From the NCBI GenBank assembly GCA_040006915.1, contig JBDTWD010000001.1, positions 34,229 through 98,228 on the forward strand: DNA of 64,000 nucleotides, in the 5' to 3' direction. A model generated the notes under the pieces. It was not told the origin of the DNA, ran no database searches, and saw nothing but the letters and a program-made list of their open reading frames with translations. The stretch is from Candidatus Woesebacteria bacterium. Its GTDB lineage: Bacteria > Patescibacteriota > Microgenomatia > UBA1400 > UBA12028. This document shows positions 18,348 to 28,427 of the stretch, in pieces. Each line of letters begins with the position of its first letter. The stretch's first letter is position 1. A program made the position numbers and the translations under genes.

Positions 18348-19865
18348 CTATTTCTCTAAATCAAGAATTCGATCAATATGGATCTGTGCCACGAAGTCAG
18401 GGACATGGGAGATTAAGATCATGGCTCCAGTGTACGCATCCAAGGCTTTGGCAATCACTGGGAGATGGCGAAAGTTAATATGGTTTGTGGGTTCATCAAG
18501 GATAAGTAATCCTGGTTTTTGCAGCACTAACCTCGCAAACGAGACCAACCCTTTTTGTCCTTCTGACACATGTCCAATTCTGGTTTTTAGAATTTCTGAG
18601 GTGAGTAGAAATCCTGCTGCAACTGAGCGTAATTCTTGTTCATGCACTGGCTGTCCTGAAGACTCTAATGCTTGGACCAGTGATTGATAAATGGTGTCTT
18701 CGTAATTTAAGGTAGAGAAATCTTGGCGGTAATATCCTACCTTCACATCCGAAGCAATGGTTGCGCCTTTGGCTGTACCCATGGCGATGGATTCAATCAG
18801 AGTGCTTTTCCCGATGCCATTGGGTCCGGCTATGAGCAGATGTTCTCGCTTCCCTAACTGGATATTGGCCGGTTTTGTTACCTGTTTGTGGTTTTGCATG
18901 ATGGTAAAAGACTCAATGGTTGCCACTGCACCGATGAGGTCTTGTTGCGCAGGAATGGTGAAGGGACGAATGGTTTTGTCTTCTCGTCTGACATCTACCA
19001 TATTCTCTTCCAATTCATCAGCTTTCTCTCTCATCTTTTTGGCAACATTTCGAAGTCTGCCTCCCTTGTGAGCAAAGTAGTTAGCCTTCTCTTTGTTTTC
19101 GATCGCTTCTTTTTGCAATCGGGAGTTTTGGCGATTCTCTTTTTCCATTCGGGCGGCAATTTGTTCGACCACATCGTAGTAGTTGCCAACATACTGTTCG
19201 ACTTTATGCGTAAAGGTATCAACGTAGAGCACCCCTTCAGTGAAGGCATTCAAGAAGTCGGCATCATGGGAAATGATGAGGACTGATTTAGGGTAGAAAA
19301 TTAAGAAGTTCATTAAGTGATCAATACCGGCGGGGTCCAAGTTATTGGTAGGTTCATCAAGCAGCAGCAGATCTGGGTTTTGGATGAGAGCGGCTGCCAG
19401 CAAAAGTCTAGCTTGTTGTCCTCCAGAAAAATCTTTAATTTGTTTATCGAGTGGAGCATGCAAATTGACGACTTCTAATGCACTGACGATACCTCGTTTT
19501 AAAGGTGAATCTTTTAATCCTGAGTGCTTTTGAAAGTAGGCTTCGACGGTCAGTTCTCGGTCTTCTGGAGTAATGACTTGTCGGGCTGTTGCGACGGTTA
19601 GACTCTTATCAACCGAGATCTCTCCTGATTCTGGTTTGATCTCGCGAGTCATTAATTTAAAGATGGTACTCTTCCCGGCACCATTTTGACCCATGAGAGC
19701 AATCTTCATGTTTTGGCGCATGGAAAAGTTCACCTCATCCAGGATTACTTTATTGAATTCGAAACGATGGGAGACGTTGGTAAAACGTACAATTGTGTCG
19801 TTGCCGGACATACTTTCTTTCCAGAGGAAAATAGAGAAACTGTGAGGAGTAATTTTACCACACAT
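18348..19865 (-). CDS. ABC-F family ATPase with two tandem ABC domains and no TM domain.
   Basis: Two Walker A boxes (GQNGAGKST, GPNGIGKSTL), two signatures (LSGGQQAR, VSEGQKGLVSFARL) and two Walker B boxes (LLLDEPTNNLD, LILDEPTNHI). Confidence 0.85.
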   Translation of the reverse strand: MCGKITPHSFSIFLWKESMSGNDTIVRFTNVSHRFEFNKVILDEVNFSMRQNMKIALMGQNGAGKSTIFKLMTREIKPESGEISVDKSLTVATARQVITPEDRELTVEAYFQKHSGLKDSPLKRGIVSALEVVNLHAPLDKQIKDFSGGQQARLLLAAALIQNPDLLLLDEPTNNLDPAGIDHLMNFLIFYPKSVLIISHDADFLNAFTEGVLYVDTFTHKVEQYVGNYYDVVEQIAARMEKENRQNSRLQKEAIENKEKANYFAHKGGRLRNVAKKMREKADELEENMVDVRREDKTIRPFTIPAQQDLIGAVATIESFTIMQNHKQVTKPANIQLGKREHLLIAGPNGIGKSTLIESIAMGTAKGATIASDVKVGYYRQDFSTLNYEDTIYQSLVQALESSGQPVHEQELRSVAAGFLLTSEILKTRIGHVSEGQKGLVSFARLVLQKPGLLILDEPTNHINFRHLPVIAKALDAYTGAMILISHVPDFVAQIHIDRILDLEK

Positions 19866-20026
19866 GAACGAACCCTTTGTCAGTATTTATTATGTAGGTA
19901 GTAATAACGATGTGGAGTGTTTTTGGGCGCCAGTTTCCGCTGACGCCCAAAGTATGGTGAGAGATAGAGAAAACTTTCGTAATAGCGAGCGTTACCGCGC
20001 ATACTCCCCAAAAATTGTTTTTGAGG

Positions 20027-20479
20027 TCATGCGAAAAAAAGCTCGCCAAGCCGTTCCAGGAGATTTTCAAGCTCTTTCATGGAAAGGTTTTCTGTATTGT
20101 TACTGAAAGAAAACCCTGGACAGGATACATGGAAATAAAAAATGAAATCTGACCGACACAAAGTAACCTTCACGTCATGCTTAGATTTGAAACTCGGCAG
20201 TGTCCATGATCCGCACTCCACCGAGGGAGCAGGTTTACGGTAGTTTGCTTTTATTTCCACACTAAGCCTACCGGTAGATCCGATGATCTTCTTGAACGCG
20301 TTTAGCATCTGGCACACTTCTAAATCGACAATTCGAAACTGGCGTAGAATTTCACGGACAACAGCCCTGTTCTCGTCCTCGTATTTGAATCCAGCTTCTC
20401 GAGCACGTCTTTCCTCAGTCTTTCTCGCTTTCGATGCCTCCTTTGTCCTTTCGGAGAGGCGAGAAAATAGTTTCTTCAT
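20027..20479 (-). CDS. Hypothetical protein.
   Basis: 150-aa ORF with a basic N-terminus. Confidence 0.35.
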   Translation of the reverse strand: MKKLFSRLSERTKEASKARKTEERRAREAGFKYEDENRAVVREILRQFRIVDLEVCQMLNAFKKIIGSTGRLSVEIKANYRKPAPSVECGSWTLPSFKSKHDVKVTLCRSDFIFYFHVSCPGFSFSNNTENLSMKELENLLERLGELFFA

Positions 20480-20749
20480 CCTACACTTTCCCTTTCTTTA
20501 TAGTCTTTTGAGGAGATGCGATTCAGTGAGCGGCAATATTCGCACTTAGAATTGAGGTGAATAATGACTGCCTAATACCTCTTTCTCTATCTTCACTTAT
20601 TAAAGAATATCGACTCGATTTACCACTAGAAACCGTGATAGTAACAGTGGTAAAAAGAATCAATTACAGTTGATACTGTGTGCATATTATACACTATAAC
20701 TGTGTTTTTAAAAGATATAAGCCTTTGGTTCTGATTATCTTGACGCATT

Positions 20750-21820
20750 GTGTTTTCATCCACTTTCCCTATAATTCGTGCCATGATACCCAAAGACGCG
20801 TTTCGTTTTGATCTTCAATATAAATCCTATACCTTGATCGATAACAGCCATTTACTCACTGCTTCAAAGCTGATGGACTCCTTCTTATATTCCAAAATTG
20901 TGGTGCTCGATTTTGCGTTAAAACGTGAGGAAGCCTTACAATCACAGGCTGTGTGTGACAGTAGAGGTAGATATTTAATGGGGAGATACAGCCGAGATGG
21001 GAAGGTACTGTTGAATGTGGATCATCATAACGATGAAGCGGGAAAAACTGTCAATTTCTCCACTACCCATCAAGTTATCAGTGCCAAGCGTGAACATCTG
21101 CTTGATGCCGATAATCAGGACCAAATTACAGTGATCAATCATGATGATACGGATTCAGTTGCAGCTTTGTTGCTTGCCACGCATGCGCATGTGCCACAGT
21201 CTGTAAACACTTTGTTTGCTGAGGCGGCAACAGCCGCTGATCATACAGGGGAACCAAATGCGATTGTTAATATTGTTGACACGATGTACAAGCTCGGTGA
21301 CCTTGATGCTCTAGTGATTTTACTTAATGCCTTTTTACATCATGAAAAACTGTGTTTCCCCACTCCGCAGTTGCAAGAAAAATTTGAGCGATACAGCAAT
21401 CAGCCAGAACGCATCCGCGAGTATCTCGAATCGATCGTCCGGGGAGTGAAGAGTCCTCATGGGAAAGGATCGTATGATCAAATGAGTGGCATCCTTCGTT
21501 TAGAACCCAAAGACAAAGCCATTGATACCATTCGAGTATTGCCAATTGTTCGGCAATTACAGCTTCCCGTAACCATCATTATGACCTCAGAACTCAAAGA
21601 CAAAGATACGAACTTCTGGAAGATTTCCCTTCGTTCTGGACCGAGTTTCCCGGCAAAGCTGAGTCTGATGCAGGTAGCCAAAAAACTCAAATTGGAAAAA
21701 TACGGGTATGGTGGCAGATTGAATGCTGGAGGAATCGGCAGACACCGAGGTGAAAAAACCCTTACTCCCGATCAGTTGTTTGCGTTGCTGGCAAAACGTT
21801 TTGTACGACAGGATTTGTAA
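20750..21820 (+). CDS. Hypothetical protein with DHH-like motifs in non-canonical order.
   Basis: NVDHHND and INHDDTDSVAALL resemble DHH phosphoesterase motifs, but their order is reversed relative to RecJ/NrnA. Confidence 0.4.
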   Translation: MFSSTFPIIRAMIPKDAFRFDLQYKSYTLIDNSHLLTASKLMDSFLYSKIVVLDFALKREEALQSQAVCDSRGRYLMGRYSRDGKVLLNVDHHNDEAGKTVNFSTTHQVISAKREHLLDADNQDQITVINHDDTDSVAALLLATHAHVPQSVNTLFAEAATAADHTGEPNAIVNIVDTMYKLGDLDALVILLNAFLHHEKLCFPTPQLQEKFERYSNQPERIREYLESIVRGVKSPHGKGSYDQMSGILRLEPKDKAIDTIRVLPIVRQLQLPVTIIMTSELKDKDTNFWKISLRSGPSFPAKLSLMQVAKKLKLEKYGYGGRLNAGGIGRHRGEKTLTPDQLFALLAKRFVRQDL

Positions 21821-21878
21821 CGTACAGCCGCTTAAATTCTCTCCAGTATCCGTGTATGATAGAGAACATCTTGAATTT

Positions 21879-22790
21879 ATGAGTGATATACCAGAACTTC
21901 CCCCACTTGAATCAGACCCAGAGCTAGCGCCGCTTTCTTCTGGTGCCGCTCATGCAATTTTTTCGGCGCAGCGACCACGATTCACCCGGCCACAGATGAT
22001 CATGATTGGAGTGGGCGTATTTGTGGTTTTGATTCTGGCAATTGTTGGAGTACGAGCGATGAGTTCTGGTGGATCACCAACTCCAAGTCCTTCCGTTGTT
22101 CCAACTGCGACTCCGATGGAGAATGAGGAGTTACTTATCAGCCCAAGTCCAACTGCTACTCCCAGCCCATCACCGCTCGCGACCAAATCACCAACGCCAA
22201 AACCCACAGTCAGTCCCACTCCTACACCAACTGCTACCCCATCTCCAACTCCGAGCCCGACTCCTCAGTCAAAAATTCTTACCAAGGGAGCAGGTCAAGA
22301 CGGCTACATTACCGATACTGGGTATGCGGGTGTGGATCAAGAGATCCAAGTGGGACGAACGCCACTCTATATTTATCGAGGCTTAGTGGGGTTTGATCTA
22401 GCCGAAATTCCGGCGAGTGCGCATATTACCAAAGCGACCTTGCGTATCTATCAAAAGGCTGTTTACGGAGATCCGTTTACTGCTCTGGGTGCACTTCAAG
22501 TCGACCATCTTGATTATGGGACCACCATCACTGCAGATAGCTACAATGGAGGAAATGTCTTTGCGGCGTCATTTGCCACCATTCCCTCGGGACAATTGGC
22601 AGAATGGAAAACGGTGGATGTGACGGAACAAGTGAAAAAAGATCGCTCCGTTCACACCAGTTCCCAGTTTCGCATGCATTTTGCCACCGAAACCAAAGGC
22701 GGTGCCAGTACCGGTGACGTTGTCATTTTTAGCAACCCATCAGCCACTGGTACCAATGATCTTCCCCAGCTGATTGTCGAGTATAACTAA
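21879..22790 (+). CDS. Membrane-anchored surface protein with a Pro/Thr/Ser-rich linker and a C-terminal globular domain. The start is probably at the internal Met (21879), not the long-ORF start 21723.
   Basis: TM helix MIMIGVGVFVVLILAIVGV, then a PT-repeat linker (SPTPSPSVVPTATP ... TPSPTPSPTPQ), then a ~190-aa domain. Confidence 0.45.
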   Translation: MSDIPELPPLESDPELAPLSSGAAHAIFSAQRPRFTRPQMIMIGVGVFVVLILAIVGVRAMSSGGSPTPSPSVVPTATPMENEELLISPSPTATPSPSPLATKSPTPKPTVSPTPTPTATPSPTPSPTPQSKILTKGAGQDGYITDTGYAGVDQEIQVGRTPLYIYRGLVGFDLAEIPASAHITKATLRIYQKAVYGDPFTALGALQVDHLDYGTTITADSYNGGNVFAASFATIPSGQLAEWKTVDVTEQVKKDRSVHTSSQFRMHFATETKGGASTGDVVIFSNPSATGTNDLPQLIVEYN

Positions 22791-23017
22791 AGCTCTCCAC
22801 CACCAAGCCTATATTTTTGATATACTCCCCTCTTCTTTCAAGTTCGTCTTCTTGCGATGACCGCAGTCGTGATGACTTGGAAGAGCTCTTTCACATTCAC
22901 TCATATAATTTCCCTGGTAGCGTCTGAGGATACAAGACGAAGTACAGTTCGTCGTTTTGTGTACTCAGATGCTAATCAACTCCAATACCGGAGCAGGGTC
23001 TGAGCGGTTTTTTTCAT

Positions 23018-23644
23018 TTGAAGGAATATATAGACAGGAGAATGAACATGGCCTCGAACGGATTGGTTACTTTTAAAGGGGGCAGCGCGCTCTTCCCTCA
23101 TCTTGTCATGGATTATGCCCTAATGTACCAGTGGTTACTTTATCAAAGCTTACACAGTGTGCCACAGGTAGCTGCAATCCAAAAATCCATATTGATCGAT
23201 TTGGTGAAACAGGCCAAATCGCCGAGTCTGCCAGAGGCGAAGCAGACTACGATCAATATGCACGTGTTGGACGCTCACAATCAGTATTTGTTGACCTTAC
23301 TGGCGTTTGCCCAGGCGATGGCTGTAGAAGACAGCAAAACAGGAGTGCGATTACTCCGATTACGAGATCAGGTTGAGAACTGGCAGCAGATGAAGCCAGT
23401 TCTATTTGATCTCTTGGAACAGATAATGCGGACGCATGTCGAGTTTAAAATGCCGCCAAATCTTCACCCGCTGGCGCTCCAGTATGCGTCCGACAGTCCT
23501 GATGTTCTCTTGCGATTGCTAATCGAGCGTAAGAGAAATTCCTGGATCAGCACAATGGCGCTGGTGCGATGGACTGACTATAGTCCCAATATCGCAACGG
23601 AAGAACTGGCGATGAGGGAGATTGTCGATCGGCCGATGGACTAG
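23018..23644 (+). CDS. Hypothetical protein.
   Basis: 208-aa ORF with no recognisable motifs. Confidence 0.4.
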   Translation: MKEYIDRRMNMASNGLVTFKGGSALFPHLVMDYALMYQWLLYQSLHSVPQVAAIQKSILIDLVKQAKSPSLPEAKQTTINMHVLDAHNQYLLTLLAFAQAMAVEDSKTGVRLLRLRDQVENWQQMKPVLFDLLEQIMRTHVEFKMPPNLHPLALQYASDSPDVLLRLLIERKRNSWISTMALVRWTDYSPNIATEELAMREIVDRPMD

Positions 23645-23792
23645 TATCCTGAAGAAATCTGTGTTGAGTGATGTGAATTTCCCCTGGTTGGTTGCATATG
23701 CAGCTGGCCGGGGGATTTTCGTATAAAGTTCTCCTTCTCCCTATGCAGAAAGTGCTACACTGTCCGTAGTATAACTACTATAGGAGGACAAT

Positions 23793-24068
23793 ATGAAAGA
23801 AGGATACAAGCCTGGAGAATCTGGTGATGTTCCAGAAGTAATAGTAGTGACTCAATTTCAACGAGAGGTTTCCGTTGCCCTCACTCCTGCTATAGTTGAT
23901 CGGGTTGAAGGATATTTTGATAGCAGACGTGATGCTGATACGGCCAAGGGGCAACGTCTCTCCTACATGTTTAAACGAGATAATACTGGCGTAAAAATTA
24001 CCTTCGAAAGCTTTTCAGAAGTTGAAGGGAATACCATCCAAACCGAAGTGGAACAATTGGTCGCATAA
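23793..24068 (+). CDS. Hypothetical small protein.
   Basis: 91-aa ORF. The RBS-like sequence taggagga lies 8 nt upstream. Confidence 0.4.
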   Translation: MKEGYKPGESGDVPEVIVVTQFQREVSVALTPAIVDRVEGYFDSRRDADTAKGQRLSYMFKRDNTGVKITFESFSEVEGNTIQTEVEQLVA

Positions 24069-24135
24069 ATTTATGTAGAAAGAGAACCAATTGTTTGTCC
24101 ACCCTGAAGATTTTTCTTTGGGGTGGATTTTTATC

Positions 24136-24816
24136 TCAGCTTCTGCGAGCTATGTTTTGATCTTCATCTGCGAAAGTATCGCATAGCTCACCGTCTGTAT
24201 TAATGAGTTGATTCAGTCTGCCCATTTGATACTGGGTTAAGAGGTGCTGCTCGTGAATCTTCCTTTTTTCTGCGTGTGTTTCATAAACTGTTTGTATTAA
24301 GCCGTGCTCGCTCATCTCGTTTTGTAGATGTTTGAAATGTGTGGCTGGTCCACCGGCAATATATAAGTGTAAGTCATCAAGTTTTTGGATGATGGCTTCT
24401 CTCTCCATACTTAATTCTCCGTTGATGAAGCCAGTTTTAAAATCTCCGAGCTGATCTGCTTGGTACAAGACATGAAAGAGTAGGAGCAACATTGGGATGA
24501 CGAGATATTCAAGATGAAAATTAGGATCCAGACATTCAGCAGCGATAAAGACTGTGGTAAGCATCGTCGCAATACGGGTCTCAAGTTTCATGTAGCGATC
24601 TCGTTTTTGAAACTGAGTCATGTACCGCTCAATATCACCGCTTAATTCGATGAATTCTGGACTTTCGAGTGAATTTTCAATGAATGCATTCACTTGCCTT
24701 TCGATACGTTCTCGTTTCTCAATTCGTTGTTTTTCGGATTGAGAGGAAGGAAGATCTTCTTTTTTATTTTTTGCCATCATTTGATTTTCTGTAGAAGTGT
24801 GAACAAAGTAGATCAA
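24136..24816 (-). CDS. Hypothetical membrane protein.
   Basis: 226-aa ORF with two central hydrophobic helices. Confidence 0.4.
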   Translation of the reverse strand: MIYFVHTSTENQMMAKNKKEDLPSSQSEKQRIEKRERIERQVNAFIENSLESPEFIELSGDIERYMTQFQKRDRYMKLETRIATMLTTVFIAAECLDPNFHLEYLVIPMLLLLFHVLYQADQLGDFKTGFINGELSMEREAIIQKLDDLHLYIAGGPATHFKHLQNEMSEHGLIQTVYETHAEKRKIHEQHLLTQYQMGRLNQLINTDGELCDTFADEDQNIARRS

Positions 24817-24842
24817 ATTATATCAGATTGAAAATCTGACTT

Positions 24843-25499
24843 TTACTGGCAATCGGCATCGCAGGCAATACCGTCATGATCGGCATCTCGAGCGCTGCAT
24901 CCACAGGTATTCAATTGATATTGAGCTTCACTACAAGACGACATTTGCGGACACGTTTTGGCACAGTTGCAGGTCCAGCTTCCACCCGTTTGCACTGGCG
25001 CTGCCATAACAGGCGTCGGTGTGGCTTTGAACGTGGGAAATGGTGTCGGTCTCGGAGTTGGTCGAGTCGTTGGAGCTGCTGTTGGGACTAGAGTGGGTGT
25101 TGGTGATGGAAGGAGCGTCGGAGAGGGAGTCGGAGTGATTGTCGCTTGGGTAGCAGATGTCACACTCGGATTAAATGTTGGTTCTGGAGTTGGTTGCACA
25201 GTCGCCATCTGCTCTACTCGAACTGTGGGTGGGGTGCCAGGTTGTGAGGCTTTTGGTGGGGTGATAGTCGAGGTATATCCAAAGAATAGCAAAATGCCGA
25301 GAACGATCTTCCCCCAGACAGGCAGTTGTTTTTGAAATTGGCGAGAGAAGAGAGTGTTTGCGTAGGGACTGATGAGGAATCCTATCGAAGCCAGACAGAG
25401 TCCAGCAATGATGTTTCCTGACAAAAGGCTAACCAATCCTCCGAAGAGAAAGAGGCCCATACAAAGCAGTCGGACCCATGAGATCTTTGGTGGTGTCAT
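24843..25499 (-). CDS. Membrane-anchored protein with a PT-rich linker and a C-terminal Excalibur (Cys-rich calcium-binding) domain.
   Basis: N-terminal TM helices, a TPTP-repeat linker, and a C-terminal CNCAKTC ... DADHDGIACDADCQ segment matching the Excalibur DxDxDGxxCE motif. Confidence 0.6.
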   Translation of the reverse strand: MTPPKISWVRLLCMGLFLFGGLVSLLSGNIIAGLCLASIGFLISPYANTLFSRQFQKQLPVWGKIVLGILLFFGYTSTITPPKASQPGTPPTVRVEQMATVQPTPEPTFNPSVTSATQATITPTPSPTLLPSPTPTLVPTAAPTTRPTPRPTPFPTFKATPTPVMAAPVQTGGSWTCNCAKTCPQMSSCSEAQYQLNTCGCSARDADHDGIACDADCQ

Positions 25500-25602
25500 G
25501 AAACCAAATTATACCCGTAAGTAGTGGGAAGTCCAGAAAGTGATATCCTCACCGGATATCACAAGTTGTGTCCTCCATACGATCCCATTTTGTTGTGTGG
25601 TA

Positions 25603-25668
25603 TGAAAAAGACCACCTTTTACCCTTCTTTTAAAAAGGAACCAGCCAGAAGGCTAGCAAGGTGGTCTT
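25603..25668 (-). terminator. Rho-independent terminator (11-bp stem) downstream of gene 25676..26215 on the minus strand.
   Basis: Minus-strand AAGACCACCTT ... AAGGTGGTCTT followed by TTTTTC. On the plus strand the arms are 25607-25618 and 25658-25668. Confidence 0.5.
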
Positions 25669-25675
25669 GGTGGTG

Positions 25676-26215
25676 CTAGGCCGTATAGCCTAGCCACTTT
25701 CGTAGAAAATTCCACAGGTGCCTTGGTGAAGATGGTTTAACATGGGGAAAACATTCCGCGTGTGCCATTTTCAGAAAGGCGTCGTTGTTGATCGGTTCTT
25801 CGGGAAGGCCACTATAGCCCATCCCCCGCTGTTCCCGGAAGAGTTCGAATACCTTTCCAGGGGTTTTACCTGCCTGGTCATACAGATTCAGTATCTGTAC
25901 AGCCAGTTGGGCGTCCTCCAGAGTTTCCGTTGCCATCATGTATTCGAACGGGAATTCATCGTCGGTGAGTCTTCCGATGACCTGCAAAAAGTCATCTTCC
26001 GGTTCTACCCACGCTGCGTCAAACACAGTCCAGGTGCCTTGATATAGTTCCAGCGCCTGGTCAACTTGACGCCCGTTCCAGATATATGGTTCAGCAGAGA
26101 GGTTTCCCTGCTGATCATACTCAAACCCAATAATGAGGCTTGAATTCGTATATTGAATCAAGCTCACCGGTACTCCGCGATCCAGCAGGCGGAGTTCTGC
26201 CACGACGATAGCCAT
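25676..26215 (-). CDS. Hypothetical protein.
   Basis: 179-aa acidic ORF with no recognisable motifs. Confidence 0.45.
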   Translation of the reverse strand: MAIVVAELRLLDRGVPVSLIQYTNSSLIIGFEYDQQGNLSAEPYIWNGRQVDQALELYQGTWTVFDAAWVEPEDDFLQVIGRLTDDEFPFEYMMATETLEDAQLAVQILNLYDQAGKTPGKVFELFREQRGMGYSGLPEEPINNDAFLKMAHAECFPHVKPSSPRHLWNFLRKWLGYTA

Positions 26216-26522
26216 TTTTTACATACCTCCTAAAAGGAAACTTATGGCCCAAAACGATTGTTGCTGCAGAGCGCAGACAACCTATGTACCATATCGATAC
26301 ACACGTTGCCTGCTCCCTACAGTATTGGAATTTTTCTACGATGTAAAAGGACATTTGTCCTGTTTCCGGAGGAAACGTGGTGTTTCCAAGGATACAGTCC
26401 AAAAAATTCTTCAGTCGTAAAGTATACGGCAAAAACGTCCCAAACGCAATACTATAGGCTTATGGGGAGGTGAAAAGACACTTTCAGATTTAGGGTCATT
26501 TTTACTCACAGACTAAACGAGT

Positions 26523-28427
26523 TTATAGTCGTTCTTGAATGGTGCGCAATACTTGGGCAAGGTTTCTTGAGTAAGAGAGTCTTTCTCGCTGCTCTAGGTT
26601 TTGGGCAATCAATACTTCAATCCGATTTTTTTCTTTTGAAGTTTTGGCTTCTATTTCCGGATCTTCTCCTCCTCGAATTCGTCGTGTAAGTGAATGGAAG
26701 ATGTTGCCATCTAACCGTTTCAGTTGTTGGGTGAGAATGGAGTGTTCTTGTTCTAACGCTTTTCGCTTGCGTTTCACCGCTTCAGACAACTGGGAGTGGA
26801 CGTGTAAAAGACCAGTCTGCAGTTCTGATCGCATATCACTTGTTTGGGTTTGTGAGAATGTGTCCAATCGTCTTTGCACCCGTTTGATATCTGATTCGGA
26901 GTCAGTGTCTTGATTGGATGCATTCTCTGGTACAGCACGGGTGAGTAACTGAATCGCGTCATTTGCAAGTGAAGTATAGAACTCCTCGCGCGAGGAGTAT
27001 CGACCCGTATGTTGAAGTTTCTCCCATCCGTCCTCGTTCGAAGCTTCACTTAAATACAGGAGTGCATGTTCGGTTGCACTGACGATGTGTGCTACTACTG
27101 ATTCATCGTCGGGAAGACTATGAGTAATTTTTTCTTCCAAGGTCTTACGTCTTAGTTTCTCTCTGATTTTGCGATGCGATACAGCCAGTCCAATTCCAGC
27201 AATACCCACACTCATCAAGGCTAGTCTCTCAGCGGCAATTCTTTTTTCGCCCTCCAGATCTGTATTTCCCTCATTTTGCCTCGGTTGTGTTTCAGTAAGT
27301 GCACTTAGATCTTCGCCTGGCATCGGTCTGCTCGGTGTCATGTCCGTCTGGAGTACGTGACCATTTGGGAGCAGGGTCATACTATTTTCATGCAAGATTC
27401 GGGAGAGTAGATGTCCATTATATATATATTCATTGGCGCCAGGACGAAGAATAACTTCAATTCCGACACTCTTCATAAATTGCTGGTATGCGGTATTTCC
27501 CACCGCACAAAAGTACCCTTTGTCAGGGTTGCTAGCGACGGATTTCAACAGATCATAGCCAATGAGGGAGTAGTTATTCTCACCAAATTTCAAACTGTAA
27601 TACCGGTTGGTTGAAAGATAGTCAGAAAATGAGGTGGCAGCATCCGTTACGATCTCAGAAAGTTTGTCTGCCAGTTCGACTGCAGTCAGGTGTTGCGTAT
27701 GTGAATCGCGAATGGCAGTGTCGAAGCGGTGGACAAGATCAGCGTGCATACGCTGCAGGGCAGGATCCCCCGCTAGTTGTGCATTCAATTCCAAGGCGCG
27801 TGTGCGTGTGTCTTCCCATCCCACCCAAGACGCGTAGTGTATGCCGGTTTCCGCAAAATTTTCAGTGACTCCTCCATTGCTGCCATATATGTGGGGTGCA
27901 TTCTGGCTCTCAGCGATGATGATGACATAGGTAGGAAGCGCATTTGCGCTAAAATACAGTTCACCTGATCCGCCTATTTTGGGAGCAGTCCCTCCCTCTT
28001 GGATAATTTTAGTGATGCGAGAACCATCTAGAGGATACAGGATTGGATTAATTTTGGTTGGCATGTACACAAACTCTGTATCCTTGGCCGTGTAGTCCAC
28101 GTCGTCGATATTGGCGACAATCTCTACATTGTCGAAAGGATGTTGCGAATATGATTCAAAATGATAGCCGTTTGGTCCAATGAAAGCTTTCGGTTGGTAG
28201 CCTGCCAATTCGCCGTATGAACCTGATAGGGTGTCTGGGAGATGCAAGATGATGGCTTCGTTGGTGTGGTGTAACTTTGAGAGTCGGTCGGGGGAAATGG
28301 ATTCTGGCATGGAGGTCTGGAGTTGGTCAAAGAGGTTTTCTGGTGGACTATCCTCATCAGAAATATTGGGAGGGTTGAGATCACGATCCAAGTTTGAAGC
28401 TCCAACACCTAAAGACACAAGCAACAT
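26523..28427 (-). CDS. Large hypothetical bitopic membrane protein: a signal/anchor, a ~400-aa extracytoplasmic domain, a TM helix, then a ~200-aa cytoplasmic coiled-coil domain.
   Basis: Hydrophobic N-terminus MLLVSLGVGAS. Internal TM helix LALMSVGIAGIGLAVS. The C-terminus is heptad-like and charged. The start overlaps the upstream gene's stop by 19 nt. Confidence 0.5.
   Translation of the reverse strand: MLLVSLGVGASNLDRDLNPPNISDEDSPPENLFDQLQTSMPESISPDRLSKLHHTNEAIILHLPDTLSGSYGELAGYQPKAFIGPNGYHFESYSQHPFDNVEIVANIDDVDYTAKDTEFVYMPTKINPILYPLDGSRITKIIQEGGTAPKIGGSGELYFSANALPTYVIIIAESQNAPHIYGSNGGVTENFAETGIHYASWVGWEDTRTRALELNAQLAGDPALQRMHADLVHRFDTAIRDSHTQHLTAVELADKLSEIVTDAATSFSDYLSTNRYYSLKFGENNYSLIGYDLLKSVASNPDKGYFCAVGNTAYQQFMKSVGIEVILRPGANEYIYNGHLLSRILHENSMTLLPNGHVLQTDMTPSRPMPGEDLSALTETQPRQNEGNTDLEGEKRIAAERLALMSVGIAGIGLAVSHRKIREKLRRKTLEEKITHSLPDDESVVAHIVSATEHALLYLSEASNEDGWEKLQHTGRYSSREEFYTSLANDAIQLLTRAVPENASNQDTDSESDIKRVQRRLDTFSQTQTSDMRSELQTGLLHVHSQLSEAVKRKRKALEQEHSILTQQLKRLDGNIFHSLTRRIRGGEDPEIEAKTSKEKNRIEVLIAQNLEQRERLSYSRNLAQVLRTIQERL

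Noticed and set aside
20750-21820. Calling ORF 20750..21820 a DHH phosphoesterase.
   Set aside because: DHH-like and DxD-like strings are present, but they are in the wrong order relative to RecJ/NrnA motifs I to III. I left it as hypothetical.
22060-22270. Repetitive DNA in the 22.0 to 22.3 kb region, which could be mistaken for a CRISPR-like or tandem repeat array.
   Set aside because: The periodicity is the coding Pro/Thr/Ser-rich linker (TPSPTPSPTP) of a surface protein. There are no regular direct repeats with unique spacers and no cas genes.
26446-26457. The motif's resemblance to a phage T7-type promoter core (ACTATAGG).
   Set aside because: Only the short core matches. The upstream TAATACGACTC part is absent and no single-subunit RNAP gene is present, so the resemblance is probably coincidental. 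The motif is reported only as a recurring 12-mer.
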